A DNA stretch of 64,000 nucleotides from Paragordius varius (taxonomy: Eukaryota; Animalia; Nematomorpha): NCBI GenBank assembly GCA_964247055.1, contig OZ176050.1, positions 10,478,001-10,542,000 of the forward strand, written 5' to 3'. Made by a program: the position numbers and the translations under genes. Positions 12,857 to 24,008 of this stretch are shown piece by piece; position 1 is the stretch's first letter, and each line of letters opens with the position of its first letter. The notes under the pieces were generated by a model, which was given only the letters and a program-made list of their open reading frames with translations, searched no databases and was not told where the DNA came from.

Positions 12857-14541
12857 CTTAAATTTTCAGATTGTTCCAATCGATTGAGTATATCATCCAT
12901 AAGTAAAGCCACTGTCATCTCAATCTCATCCTCCATAAAACTTCGCAAATCTTCATTTTTAGCAACAATACCGTTATTTTCTATTTTCATTATAATCAGA
13001 CATAAATAATTAATAAAATACATTATGAATATTAAAAGTTAATTTATTTATTTAAGATACAAAAATCTACAAAATGATATTTATATTAAGTTAGTTTTAT
13101 TGAATCAATTTTTTGATTTAATATAAAGAAGTAAGTAATTATTTTGATACTCAATTTTACTATCAAACTCCTTTATTGACATTATTTTTATGTATAATCT
13201 CAAATTAAACACAGAATAAATCATGTTCAAATCGAAGTACACAAGTAAAGTTAAGCAAGCTATAACAAATATAAAAGCTACTGATTTAAGAAAAAGTGTA
13301 TGACATACCTTTAGAAATATTGTCTGAATGTATGGAAGACGCATCTGTTAAAAGGCCACAATGTTTGAAACAGTAATCTGCCTAATTTATCAAATATACA
13401 TTATAAAAACATTTCAATATATTATTCACTTTTTTTAACTGATATAAATATGTTGGACACAAATAAAAATATTTTTTAAAGTTTAACACATAGGTGTCAA
13501 AATTAAACTTAATCTGGTAAAATCAAACAATAGATATAATTAATGCTAGTATAATGTTAAAAAATATGTGAATATTCCGTAAAAAACTATAAACATTTTT
13601 TTACATTGTGCGTTTCCATTCGTGTAAAAATGAGGTTAATCATTTGACTCAAGGTAGCTTTCGCAGTAGTTTGATTGATAACATTTATACTACCGAGATG
13701 TATGTTATAACAAGTTCGAATAGCCAAGAGAATGGTTGAATCATGCACTTCACATTGTTTGGCAGTTACAATCGTCAATATAGCCTAAGAAATATAAAAA
13801 TGACTTTAACATTGATTAAAATTATATGAAGTAATTTTTCAAACAAATTTTATAATTTGTCGCAAAAAAACAATATTTCAATTTCAAATGATAGAAGATA
13901 AAAAAGAAAGAAACAATACATTATAGCCAATAATAAATATAGAAAATACAAAAAGTATAAAACTTTAATAATTTGCAAGTAAACATCCTCATTAGCTACA
14001 TCGTTCGACATTGAATTACATATAACTTTAACAACGCGATCAATCAACTTATTGTTGGAATATTCCCATCCCTTTTTTGGAGACATCAAACTTTGTGGGG
14101 TTGATTCTTTATGATCGGAATTGTTGAAGTTATGTTCGTCTGTTGCTACATATGGATCCGTTTCATTTCCAGATAAGTATCCATATGCAATTAATTTCTA
14201 CATAAATAATTTAACAGAAAAACCTGCAAACAGTCAATAGCATAAATAATTATATTAGCTGATTTCGACTGACACGCTAACTGAAATGGTAAGATAAAAC
14301 ATTGTAGGTCCAAACTGTATCTTTCATCGATAACATTAGAACTATCATCGTTAACCGATGTTGATTTGCTAAATATATATAAAAAACAAACCTTTTCTCT
14401 AGTTTAATAATTTCTAAAATAAAACCAAAGTATACCTAAAGTTTTTTGACATTCGCGTTTTAAATCATTATGATAAGCTTTCTTTATATCCTTTTCTGAC
14501 AAAATTTTTTCGAGGGCATGGACTAAGAAAGTCTTGGCCAT
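75..14541 (-). CDS. ARFGEF1: Brefeldin A-inhibited ARF guanine-nucleotide exchange factor (BIG1/BIG2/Sec71 family), about 29 exons visible; 3' part continues beyond position 1
   Basis: Spliced translation gives ordered family motifs: [21 protein letters not shown] (14541-14436); [17 protein letters not shown]|KLIAYG; LQIIK|[18 protein letters not shown] (13784-13605); [14 protein letters not shown]; [10 protein letters not shown]; [10 protein letters not shown]; Sec7 domain [21 protein letters not shown] and [19 protein letters not shown] (about 7900-6860); [15 protein letters not shown]; [10 protein letters not shown] (from 4174); [16 protein letters not shown] (545-373); [29 protein letters not shown] (226-75). 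The junctions checked are GT-AG and phase-compatible. BIG1 versus BIG2 cannot be distinguished. Confidence 0.95.
1348..1620. mobile_element. Degenerate hAT-like MITE, copy 1 (intronic)
   Basis: Starts cagagttgtccaac, has gcgggtcgc/ggccgc subterminal motifs and aligns by eye with 4891-5182 (ttcataaataattt..atttcaaa..agact..aaa..gcaaa). Confidence 0.5.
4891..5182. mobile_element. Degenerate hAT-like MITE, copy 2 (intronic)
   Basis: Ends cagggatg...atagccctg form an imperfect TIR; the interior is similar to 1348-1620. Confidence 0.5.
5500..6300 (-). mobile_element. Decayed RTE-like non-LTR retrotransposon fragment in the ~2-kb ARF-GEF intron
   Basis: Minus-strand peptides with stops and frameshifts: [34 protein letters not shown], resembling the C-terminal part of RTE reverse transcriptases. 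Confidence 0.55.
8902..9255. mobile_element. Foldback-type MITE (354 bp) with 21-bp subterminal tandem repeats, bracketed by (TA)n tracts
   Basis: TIR accatttacagttcaa...ttgaactgtaaatggt. Left arm about 4.5 units of ttcaaattcacccttgaacaa; right arm about 3 inverted units. tccaaatg is duplicated outside the TA tracts. Confidence 0.85.
12600..12743 (-). mobile_element. tRNA-derived SINE (or tRNA pseudogene) in an ARF-GEF intron
   Basis: Minus strand GGCGTGATGGTATAGTAGGTAGGGCG...AGAGTTCGAACCCCG has Pol III A- and B-box-like motifs at tRNA spacing. The anticodon and acceptor stems pair poorly and a non-tRNA body follows. Confidence 0.6.
12810..12854. repeat. (TA)n microsatellite
   Basis: Direct dinucleotide run. 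Confidence 0.95.
14198..14435 (-). other. Three micro-introns (22, 23, 26 nt) and a 22-nt micro-exon at the 5' end of the ARF-GEF gene
   Basis: 14435-14414 gtatactttggttttattttag; 14391-14369 gtttgttttttatatatatttag; 14223-14198 gtttttctgttaaattatttatgtag. Removing the 26-nt intron joins DCLQ to KLIAYG. Removing the other two gives [13 protein letters not shown] in frame. Confidence 0.85.
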
Positions 14542-15226
14542 GCAACTTTGTGAATGGGTATTCTACATATGACAAAGTAATAAAACCTTAGTAATTATGA
14601 CATTAATTAAAGTCACAACTACCTTATTAATTAATATATATTTGGGTGCGCTGTGTAATGCTCTTTTGGATTTAAATCATAAATAATTTAGTAAAGTCTC
14701 CCTTGCTACAAAATCAAATTGCCGTTTTTTTTTAAATATTTTTTGGGGTGCGATTTTAATGCCTCATTCCAAATATTTGAAAAACTTATTAAAAGGCAAT
14801 ATATATATATTGGACTTGGTACTCAATTGTCTAATCATTTTAAAAATATTTTTTCAGCTAAAGTTTGGTGACTTTCTATTTCATTTTTTGAATTTTTCTA
14901 ATACCTAAAAGGCTATATAATATATATTTTTAAATTTACCCCAATAAAATATATATTTTTAAATTATATATATTTGTGTTCATACTGGAGCATGTATACC
15001 CCAAAAATAATGGCGTCTTCAATAAAGCAAAACGGGTTGCGCAATGAGAGTTTTATTTTAAGGCCTAAAGACAAACTATTCCAAAATACTTTGCTTAAAA
15101 GGTTCATTGGGCGTAAATTTTAAAGCGAATTGATAAAACAGTGTAATTTTTAATTAAAATTTTTAGGCCAGAAAATCGTCATTACCATCAGATAAAATAA
15201 AAAAGTGTATTTATTATAACTTAAAA

Positions 15227-15521
15227 CAGGATGTCTAACCCATGACCCTCCGAAATTCAATTGTGGACCCGAAATTGGAAAAGTACTCAATAAATAATTT
15301 TTCCATTTCAAAAATAAGCTCACAAAACCTTATTTAAATTATATTTCTAAAAAAATTCCTGAATAGGTCTTTCCAACTGGCAACAAACCAGCTAAAATTG
15401 GATTTTTCACAGAATTTGAAATCTAATAAAACATTATTACCCATATGTTTTTCGAATGCGGCCACCATACTTTTTAAGTCAAAAACGCGGCCCGTCAAGC
15501 TATGTGTGTTAGACACCCCTG
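15227..15521. mobile_element. hAT-like MITE
   Basis: TIR caggatgtctaac...gttagacacccctg with gcggcc/gcggcccg subterminal motifs; no intact TSD. Confidence 0.55.
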
Positions 15522-18500
15522 TTTTATAGTGTTATACATCTCCTTCATGCATCAAAATACTATGAAATATGCTTCAATAAAAGTTTGCTAAAACTAACGC
15601 GAATTCATTTTATAATAATTTAGCCTATATCGAAAATTCTATTAGCGAGATCTCGGAGTTTTTGGGTTTATTTTAGGGTATAGCCCATTTTAGCGGTTCT
15701 AAAAAATGACTTTACTTAGAAAAGTTAAAAAACATATAAATTTGTAATTCTTAAATTATGGTTTTATGGATTATAAGTCATTTATCAGCTCATTACGTTT
15801 AGGAGGAATTTTTTTCCTTATAGCGATAAATTTGCATATAAAATAGAAGGAAATTCGGACCCAAAAATAGTTTTTATGGCCATTTAGTATATAGGGCAGT
15901 TTAAAATCTATAAGGAAAAAATGTTAGAGAACGAGATCGTTTGGGTATATAGAGATGGGAAATAAAGAAGATTGGTAAGTTTGCAAGCGGGCATATGAAT
16001 ATGACTGAGGAATAGAAATATATAATACTATTAGTTAAGTGAATATGCTTCAGATAGAGATTGGATATTATTTAGATGATCACTTTTAAGGAGTGGTCCT
16101 ATAAGACATATAACTATTATCTGACATTGGCAGAAAGATAAAACTAATAGGGGCCGGTGCATTTTTAAAAAATTAGCTTCCCAATGATTAACAAATTCGC
16201 TTAAAATTTGCACCAGGTGCATAAATAAACACATATAATATGTTTCAAAAAAACTATCTTTTCCACCCGTCCTCTCATAACACACAGGGCTAATGATACC
16301 CCATAATCCTAAAAGATAAAATATGTTACCTATAAAGGTAAAACCTTATCCAAATTTTCATTTCACCATTGACAAGGTAAATCACTAACTTTCAGCATTT
16401 TATGAATGTTATAAGTATGCAATTTTTACAACCCAATCACACTTGGCTCTTTCAAAGTTTAAATATTTATTTATCAAAATTCTGCCTAAAAATAGGTGTG
16501 ATAGTTTAATTGTTAACCTTTAACATATTTAAAACTTTTATTATTGTCATCAAAATGTATCATTGGGTATTTGTGATTATTATAAATATAATAATAAATA
16601 ATAAGTGATCATATTAAATATATTATTATGAATAATAATTTATTATGTATTAAATACATAAAAACATTTTAAGCATTTGTCTTACTCATCATTTTTTGGA
16701 TTATTCCAGCTATCATGTACCAAAAGCGCATAGCATTTATCTCTCAATGTGATCAATTTTACAATACATACAATATTTTTATTGTATAATTTTAGGCTAT
16801 TAATATATCTAAAAACTATATATTACATGTCTCATTATAATATAATGTCCAACAGAAAAAAGAGTAATTTGATATTCTGTCCCATTTTTTCGTTTTTTTA
16901 ACGATAATTATATAATAACTTTGGATAACAAGACTAGAAAATAGTTATGTGATGTACTCTTATTATTATAATAAAAGATAGGCTCCAAATATTTGACAAA
17001 AGCTATTTGAAATAACGTTTGTATTGAACTTATATATTATCAGATATTGCTACATTTATATTTTTCTGGTTTTATATAATATTAATCAATTTATCTTTAA
17101 TTTTTTGTGGGAAAAATCCTATGTTAGTTAATAGGCTCTTAATTTATCATTAGTTTTTTTATTGCTAGAACTAATTGATTGATCGCTATTTAATCCAAAT
17201 TTTGTTTTGCTCTTTTCGCATTCATTATTCGTGCAAGTGTTCAAGTGTTTTCATAACAAAATAATTTTTAATCTTATTATCATTATTATTATTATTTATA
17301 AAATTTTTATAAAATAAGCCATGGTTTTATAAAGGTTATAAAAAATAAAAAATATTTGTAGGAAAACTAATTTTACTTTTCATATCCGGTATTGAATTAG
17401 TATTTTCTAAACTAAAATTTAATATATATTTTGCAAATTTATTGTGTGAATCCAGCCCTATAAAAACTAATAAAATGGTTGGCAAATTAAATGAATAATT
17501 AATTTTTGAATGATAATTGGATCAGCGACAAGCATGCAGTCGCCCTTATAGAAAAAAATTCTAAAAAACAATAAAATTTATAAAATTGTGTTTTAAGGGT
17601 TTTACGATTTTTTCATAATGTGATTATTTTAATGCTTACCCAACATTTAAGTGATTACATCATTTATCGTTAACACTTTTTTATATCTAAAATTTATTTA
17701 AATATATAAACTCTCAAAAAAATGTTTCAGGATCGTAAAAAATTGATAATTACCAGAAATATTAAATTCAGTTTAGAGAAACTCCGGAAAATATAATAAC
17801 AATGTTACGCTGCATCAAAGAAAAAACTCTATTATTAAGCTGGCGGTTTTTTCCTACCATGAAACTAATTTTTGGAACACATTACATGTGATGATAATTA
17901 TTATTAAGTAACAATTTGACTGTGTTTATTGCAGAAGATTTAATACCTATGGATGGGGTAATAATTTTAAAAAAGGTAAAATGGCCCTGGCTTCAAAAAA
18001 TCGATTCTGGTTTCATTGTTTTTTGCCCATGTCAATTTTGGCTCCATTCCTTATTTTATCGTTTATTATTATTATTTACAGCCACGAAAATTAGCATGTA
18101 CAGTATGAATAAATACAAATTGGTAGTTTTTCATTAATTTTTTCCAGACAGCTTTTCGAAAAGACAAACTTTCGCCATTTCCTTGTTATTCGAGAATAAA
18201 ATTCACTTTGCTATATATGTACTATCTGGCAATAATTAATGATAAGCTAGCGATGTATAGTTACTCATACTATAAGCTTCAAATATATTGTAGGGTTTTC
18301 TTTATTTTTTAGAACTTAAATGAATAAAGTAACGAGAGCTATTATTGTCCATTTTGGGTTTTTAGCTGGTTAAAAGGTGATTGATTCTACATGTCTGTTG
18401 TTATGAATGATTTTTTCATTTAGTTACATATTTAATCAAAATTGTGGAGATTTAATAGAGTGGTTGTGTTTGCAATGGAATATTATATGGCAATAATTAT

Positions 18501-18757
18501 AATTTAAATAATAAAAAATGTAAATTTTAAATCATATCAACAGACATGAAAATTATATTCCCTTTTAGCCATTTAAACTACCCAATGGCCTATAATAGCT
18601 ATCGTTAGTTATGTAATATATTAAAAAATGTAAAATTTGGAACTGTTTTTTGGTTCCAAACAAAAAACTCTGCATACCAATCTCTACTATTTATTTTGAC
18701 TAATATTATTATTATCATTATGTTAATCATCTAATTTGGTCAGAGAAAAAAACATAC

Positions 18758-18936
18758 AAAAATGATATATCTTCTTTGTATACAATGGATTGATAGCGTT
18801 TTCAATAATATTTTTTTTTGCTTTGAATCATTTTTATCATAAAAATGGTTGGTTTCTGGAATATTGATTGTATGAAATAACTGAACAATGTCCTTCTTTT
18901 CGCTGTCGTTTTTGTTCCATTCAGCAGTAGATTGTT
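18758..18936 (-). CDS. Candidate internal exon of an unidentified gene (region about 17.7-21 kb)
   Basis: Strong acceptor tttttcctttgttttcag, open frame EQSTAEWNKNDSEKKDIVQLFHT...RRYIIF and donor gtatgt. No recognisable homology; neighbouring exons not resolved. Confidence 0.35.
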
Positions 18937-19828
18937 CTGAAAACAAAGGAAAAATTATATATATTTAAGTAGCAAAAAAAGAGTTTATTCTCATCATTGC
19001 TTTTTATTTAAAAAATTTTTTATGTGTGTTATGTCAAATTTAGATATATTATTTACAATAAAAAATTATTCGAAAATATTTATGATACAAATATCCCAAA
19101 TTTGATCCTTTGCCTATAACTTTAATTTTTAAGCTAAATTTTGGAAAGTTTCATCCATCAATTTCATTGTCTTTTAAAAAAATTCTTAGACAATTTTCGT
19201 GTGAAAATATCATTCCTCATATTTTATATCTTTAAACACTCTATACTATATTAATTTTATCATTATTGATATTATACATAAATATATTGAAGTGTCACAT
19301 ATATATAATTGGAATGAAATCTTATCCACTTAATACAAGTTATTTTTTATTTTTACGCTTTTTAACAACCGAATGATTTTTCTGGCCAATACAATACATT
19401 GCACTCAAATCTAATCGATTTCCATCATTAAATAAAAATTCGTTTTGGGGACATTCCTATACTATTTATAGGAGGTATAATATTTGATATATTTATTCTA
19501 TATAATATTTTCATTTTTAACATCTAAATTTTAGGGTATAGTATTTTAACATTGATCTGTATTTTCTATAATTAATTGGAATTACAAAGTTCTAGAGTTG
19601 CTCATAGTTTTTTAAATGATTAAGTCGCAGGAGGTCCTATTCAACACATATAAATTTTATATTTTTCTTTAACCCAAAAAAATTTAATATTTTCCCATAC
19701 CTCGACCTTGACCAGGTATTTTTGACTCTACCACTAATTATAATTCAAAGCACGCATCATAATATTTGTTAATATGTAATAAGGAAATTACATTTATTTT
19801 TGAATATGAATATTGTAACTATCATTCG

Positions 19829-19829
<1 letters not shown>

Positions 19830-19871
<42 letters not shown>
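19830..19871. repeat. (TA)n microsatellite
   Basis: Direct dinucleotide run. Confidence 0.95.
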
Positions 19872-19874
<3 letters not shown>

Positions 19875-21785
19875 TTTTTTTCTTTTAAAATTATTATGTA
19901 ATAACATACTAATTGAAACATAAAAACGCTAAGGATTTCATATTCATATTTAATTAAAATATTATTTGCATAATTCATTACAAATTTAATTTTTGTTAAT
20001 TTTTGGGTCAAACATTACAAAGGTGTTTATAATTAGAAATCAATATTTAATTCCAAACTATTAATTGATAAGACCTTGACAATCTGTTCAAATATTTAAA
20101 AATTAGCAATATGGGAATTAAAATTATAATTAATAAAAAAATTTGGTGAATGGCTTTATATTTTATTTTAATATAATTGTGTGTTTTGATATTGTATGTA
20201 AAATAAGGTAATCTAGTAACTAAATTGTTGTTTGGGATGAGGAATCTTTGTTTTAATGAAGCCTATAATTTGAAAATATGCATTATTTTCAAATGGTCCT
20301 TTGTAATGTCTTTGACCAATTCTATTGATTGGTATATTAAATCATAAGCCACATCTTTTTCATCATGACAAAAATGTTAAATATCTTTGATCAAATTTTA
20401 TGCAGAGTTTCGAAACAAGTAATATATATGTCCACATTTAGACGTTATGATTTTATGTATTGTCTACATCTGCAATAATAAGCCGTACATTGTAGCGCTT
20501 TACTGGACTACGTCGAAAACGATGATATAATATAAATATGTGTTTATCTAAATTTGATCTTTACAATATACATTTTAGGGTTTCTTTTTCTCTTTTTTTT
20601 CAAATAAGGAGTTAAATTATAATTAAAACTGACCAAAGCTTCAGCAATCGTCTGCATAAAGACAGAGATAATGGAAAAGTTGCGCATTTTTTTCTAATAT
20701 AGTAGGCTGGACCATGCCCTAATCACTCTGTCATTGTTTTTAACAAATATTCTTGGCAAAATTTAAAATCTATTACGGGTAGCAATTACCGCTATATGGC
20801 ATAAACAGATGTATTAACATTAGTACTTATGTTTACATGTAAACTAATTTATAAGAAATTATCTGCAAAACAATATTATAACCTTGATGACCCTAAAATG
20901 GAAAAGAATTTTTCAATTTTGCCATTAAACTGATCCACCCCTTTAAACAGTTATAAACATTAAACGGAAAAGTGTTTTAGGCTAAAACATTTTTGAAAAT
21001 AAGCGATTTTTACTGGGGATGGGCTAAACCCAGGTTCTCGGTACAATAACGCTCAATTCCTAGGCAAAAATGATTGTGACATTGGCTATTATCGAATTCA
21101 TTCTAATTATATCTTAGTTAAAATATTTCACACTCTCGCTTTTAACCATTGTTACCTAAGAATAGTGCAACGCCTAAGACTAAGTCAAATCAAAGATCCC
21201 CCAAACGCTCTCTGCTAAAAAATTATATTTTAAAAATCGTTGAGTGACTTAATACCTATTAATAAAATTTCCTTCACATTTTATATATTAGATTATTTAT
21301 GGTTGTAGAATGGTTACATCGAACTTGTACATAAGGTGTGTCAGTATGTAAAAGTTTAGATTCTAAAATTACCCAAATCTTCTTCATCGCTATCGCTTTG
21401 AACACGCGAATGCTTTTATGTGCTTTTCTTACATTAAAATAATCATGATATATGAAATTTATGCGAGATCTTATTCTTAAGATCTCTCTACCGGTTTTAT
21501 TATAAAAACCATAATTAAATTCAAAGAAAATTAAGAACAATTAATAGTAAATTTTAGTAAAACATGAATCGTACGGAATATAATTTTTTAGAACCGTTTT
21601 GGAACCTAAAACGATAATATAAAGCATTCTTCTCTGTTTTCCGATTTTTAATATATGATAGCATCATTTCAATATTGTTTTCTAGAAATTAAAGTGTTAT
21701 CTTATATTTTTCCGATAAAACACCATTTAATGAGATTTCGCTTTTAGATATCTTTTTTGACATTTCATATAGTATCATAAAAATT

Positions 21786-22003
21786 AGGGCTGTAAAAACG
21801 AAATCAAAATCGAGTCTGATCAAGTTGAAACCATTTTTTATAAAAAACAATTGAACCGCAACTATTTTTTGTGGGGCGGCAATCCAAACCGTTTTTTTGT
21901 AAATTATATGTAACCGGAAAGAGAATCAGATGTTTTCAGAATCGTAAAGGACGTCAGTTTCGAGCCTCGTATTTTGATTCGGTTTTAAATATTCCACGGC
22001 CTT
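21786..22003. mobile_element. Possible MITE with TAGGGC-type ends
   Basis: tagggctgtaaaaacgaaatcaaaa at the left and ttttgattcggttttaaatattccacggcctta at the right form an imperfect inverted pair. Confidence 0.3.
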
Positions 22004-24008
22004 ATAATTTTTTGATAATGCTAAAATCGATGTCAAACTTTTATATTTTTGAATTAAGATATTATTGTTGATAAAAAGAATAATCTAGGCAACATATAAC
22101 TACTTCCGGAAAAATTGAAAATAAACATATCAATTACTGAATCTAAATGTATACATACATTTTGAGCTCAAAGAAAAAATATTACAACACGCTATTTCTT
22201 TTTTTGCTATTACACCTATTTAATCTTAATTAAAGCGTCCATTGAGAACTACTTTTCAGTTTCTCACAAATTATAAAGTACATACGTAGTTATAAAGTTT
22301 CTAGGTTATGTAAATAAAATTTGAAAGAGGAAATAAATTTAGTACTGAGTAGTTTAAGAACAAATTGCAAATTAACTTTTAATGAAACAAAGTTTTTTTA
22401 TATTTAAAATTCAAAAAAAATTATAATAAAATAATACGAGCCGTAGAATAAGTGGCGTTCACTCATAGATATAAACAATTAAAGAATTCGTCTGAAAAGT
22501 TTTATTGAAATACGGTATCTTTTGAAAAAAACATTTTTATTTATAAAATTTCTTTCTCCATTATTATAAAAAATTCAAAGTTTAGGACACCTGTTTCTCT
22601 ACATTTATATCGTTTCATATAAATGTAATTACCATGAAACCAAAAATTTAATTTATAATTATCGCTTTAGCAATTAAATTAATGAATTATAAAATCAATT
22701 TTACAGTTAGTTTTTTCTGAAATTCACTGTTATTATATTAAAATCATTGTAATAGACTGTCTAGCAGATCTAAAAAAATAAATTTATTTATATATCGCCT
22801 TGAAACGTGCTTGGCGTTTTTAGATTAAACTTTTTGTTTTTCATAATTCAATTTAATTTAATTTATTATCTTATCACATTCAGCGAGAGAAAGAGAGAAA
22901 ACGTATGAGATTGTGGAGATAAGAATTTCGAAATTGATACCAATGTACTTATACTACCTTTTAAGAGTGTTAAATTAATTTTTTTGATACATGCTCTGCG
23001 TATAGAGACATCATATCTACTTCATCCATCCAATTATGATTTACAAAGTGTTGAAAACACATTTTTTTCAGAAATATATACTAACTTAATATATAAATAA
23101 CTAAAACGTTATTTTTGCAAAAAAACATAAATTATTATAAAAATGAAAAAAATATACAAGTTAACGCTTATCCATACTCTCTCTTGTTCAGTTGGTACGT
23201 GTAGAATTAACGAAAATTAATTAAATTATTTTTTTGATAAACACAAAATGTTCGAGTTTTGTGCGATAATCCTATTCAAATAATTGTGTTATCGCTGTGG
23301 GGATTCTGGATTTTAAAAACCCATTATATTTGGAAAAATATGAAAGAGCTAACAAAAATTCATAAAAGTTTTAACATTATAATTAGGTTTTTCGGTAAAA
23401 TTTAAACAGCTAGGTATATTCCTATACATATATTTGTACACAGTTTATTAATTCATAAAAATATTGTTCTTTTTAATTATTTATTTAAACATATATCGCT
23501 AGAGTTAACGTAAATACCTCTCACCTACCTACCTTCTAAGAAGAAATGTATATATGAAAATTGCTAACATCATTTCCTGCCATATTCCCTAATGCATAAA
23601 CTACTATATATCACAATTAATAATAAGAATATACGATTAAATGCATTATAAGGAATTTAGCATCATCGGAACCTATTAAATATGACAAATTTTCTAATTA
23701 CATCAACAATGTTGGAAATTTTCCACCACAAAACTATTCTGTTTATTTTCACTTTATAATAATAGCTATATAATTGAACAATAGTTTCACTACCATAATA
23801 TGTCTACTGGTGTTGAATGTTTGAACTATAAAGATTGCTGCTACTTATCAAATCAATTAAAAACATGTATACCAGCTATCAAAAACCTTGAAAAAAGGTA
23901 TAATTATTACAGCGCAACAAAAAATTATTTTTACCGTGCACAAACGACGACGATTACGAAACATCTCCTTAAATCATTACTGCAAAAAATATTTAAGGGA
24001 CCTTTTGG

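Noticed and set aside
12787-13023. ORFs containing YIYIYI runs (also near 19.8, 27.7, 47.1, 50.1, 54.5 and 61.6 kb)
   Set aside because: Produced by stop-free (TA)n microsatellites; only 12980-12858 is a real exon.
16683-16760. Possible upstream coding exon of the ARF-GEF gene ending in a GTAAG donor
   Set aside because: Its frame does not join the ATG-14541 frame at the nearest acceptor; at most a 5' UTR exon, unsupported.
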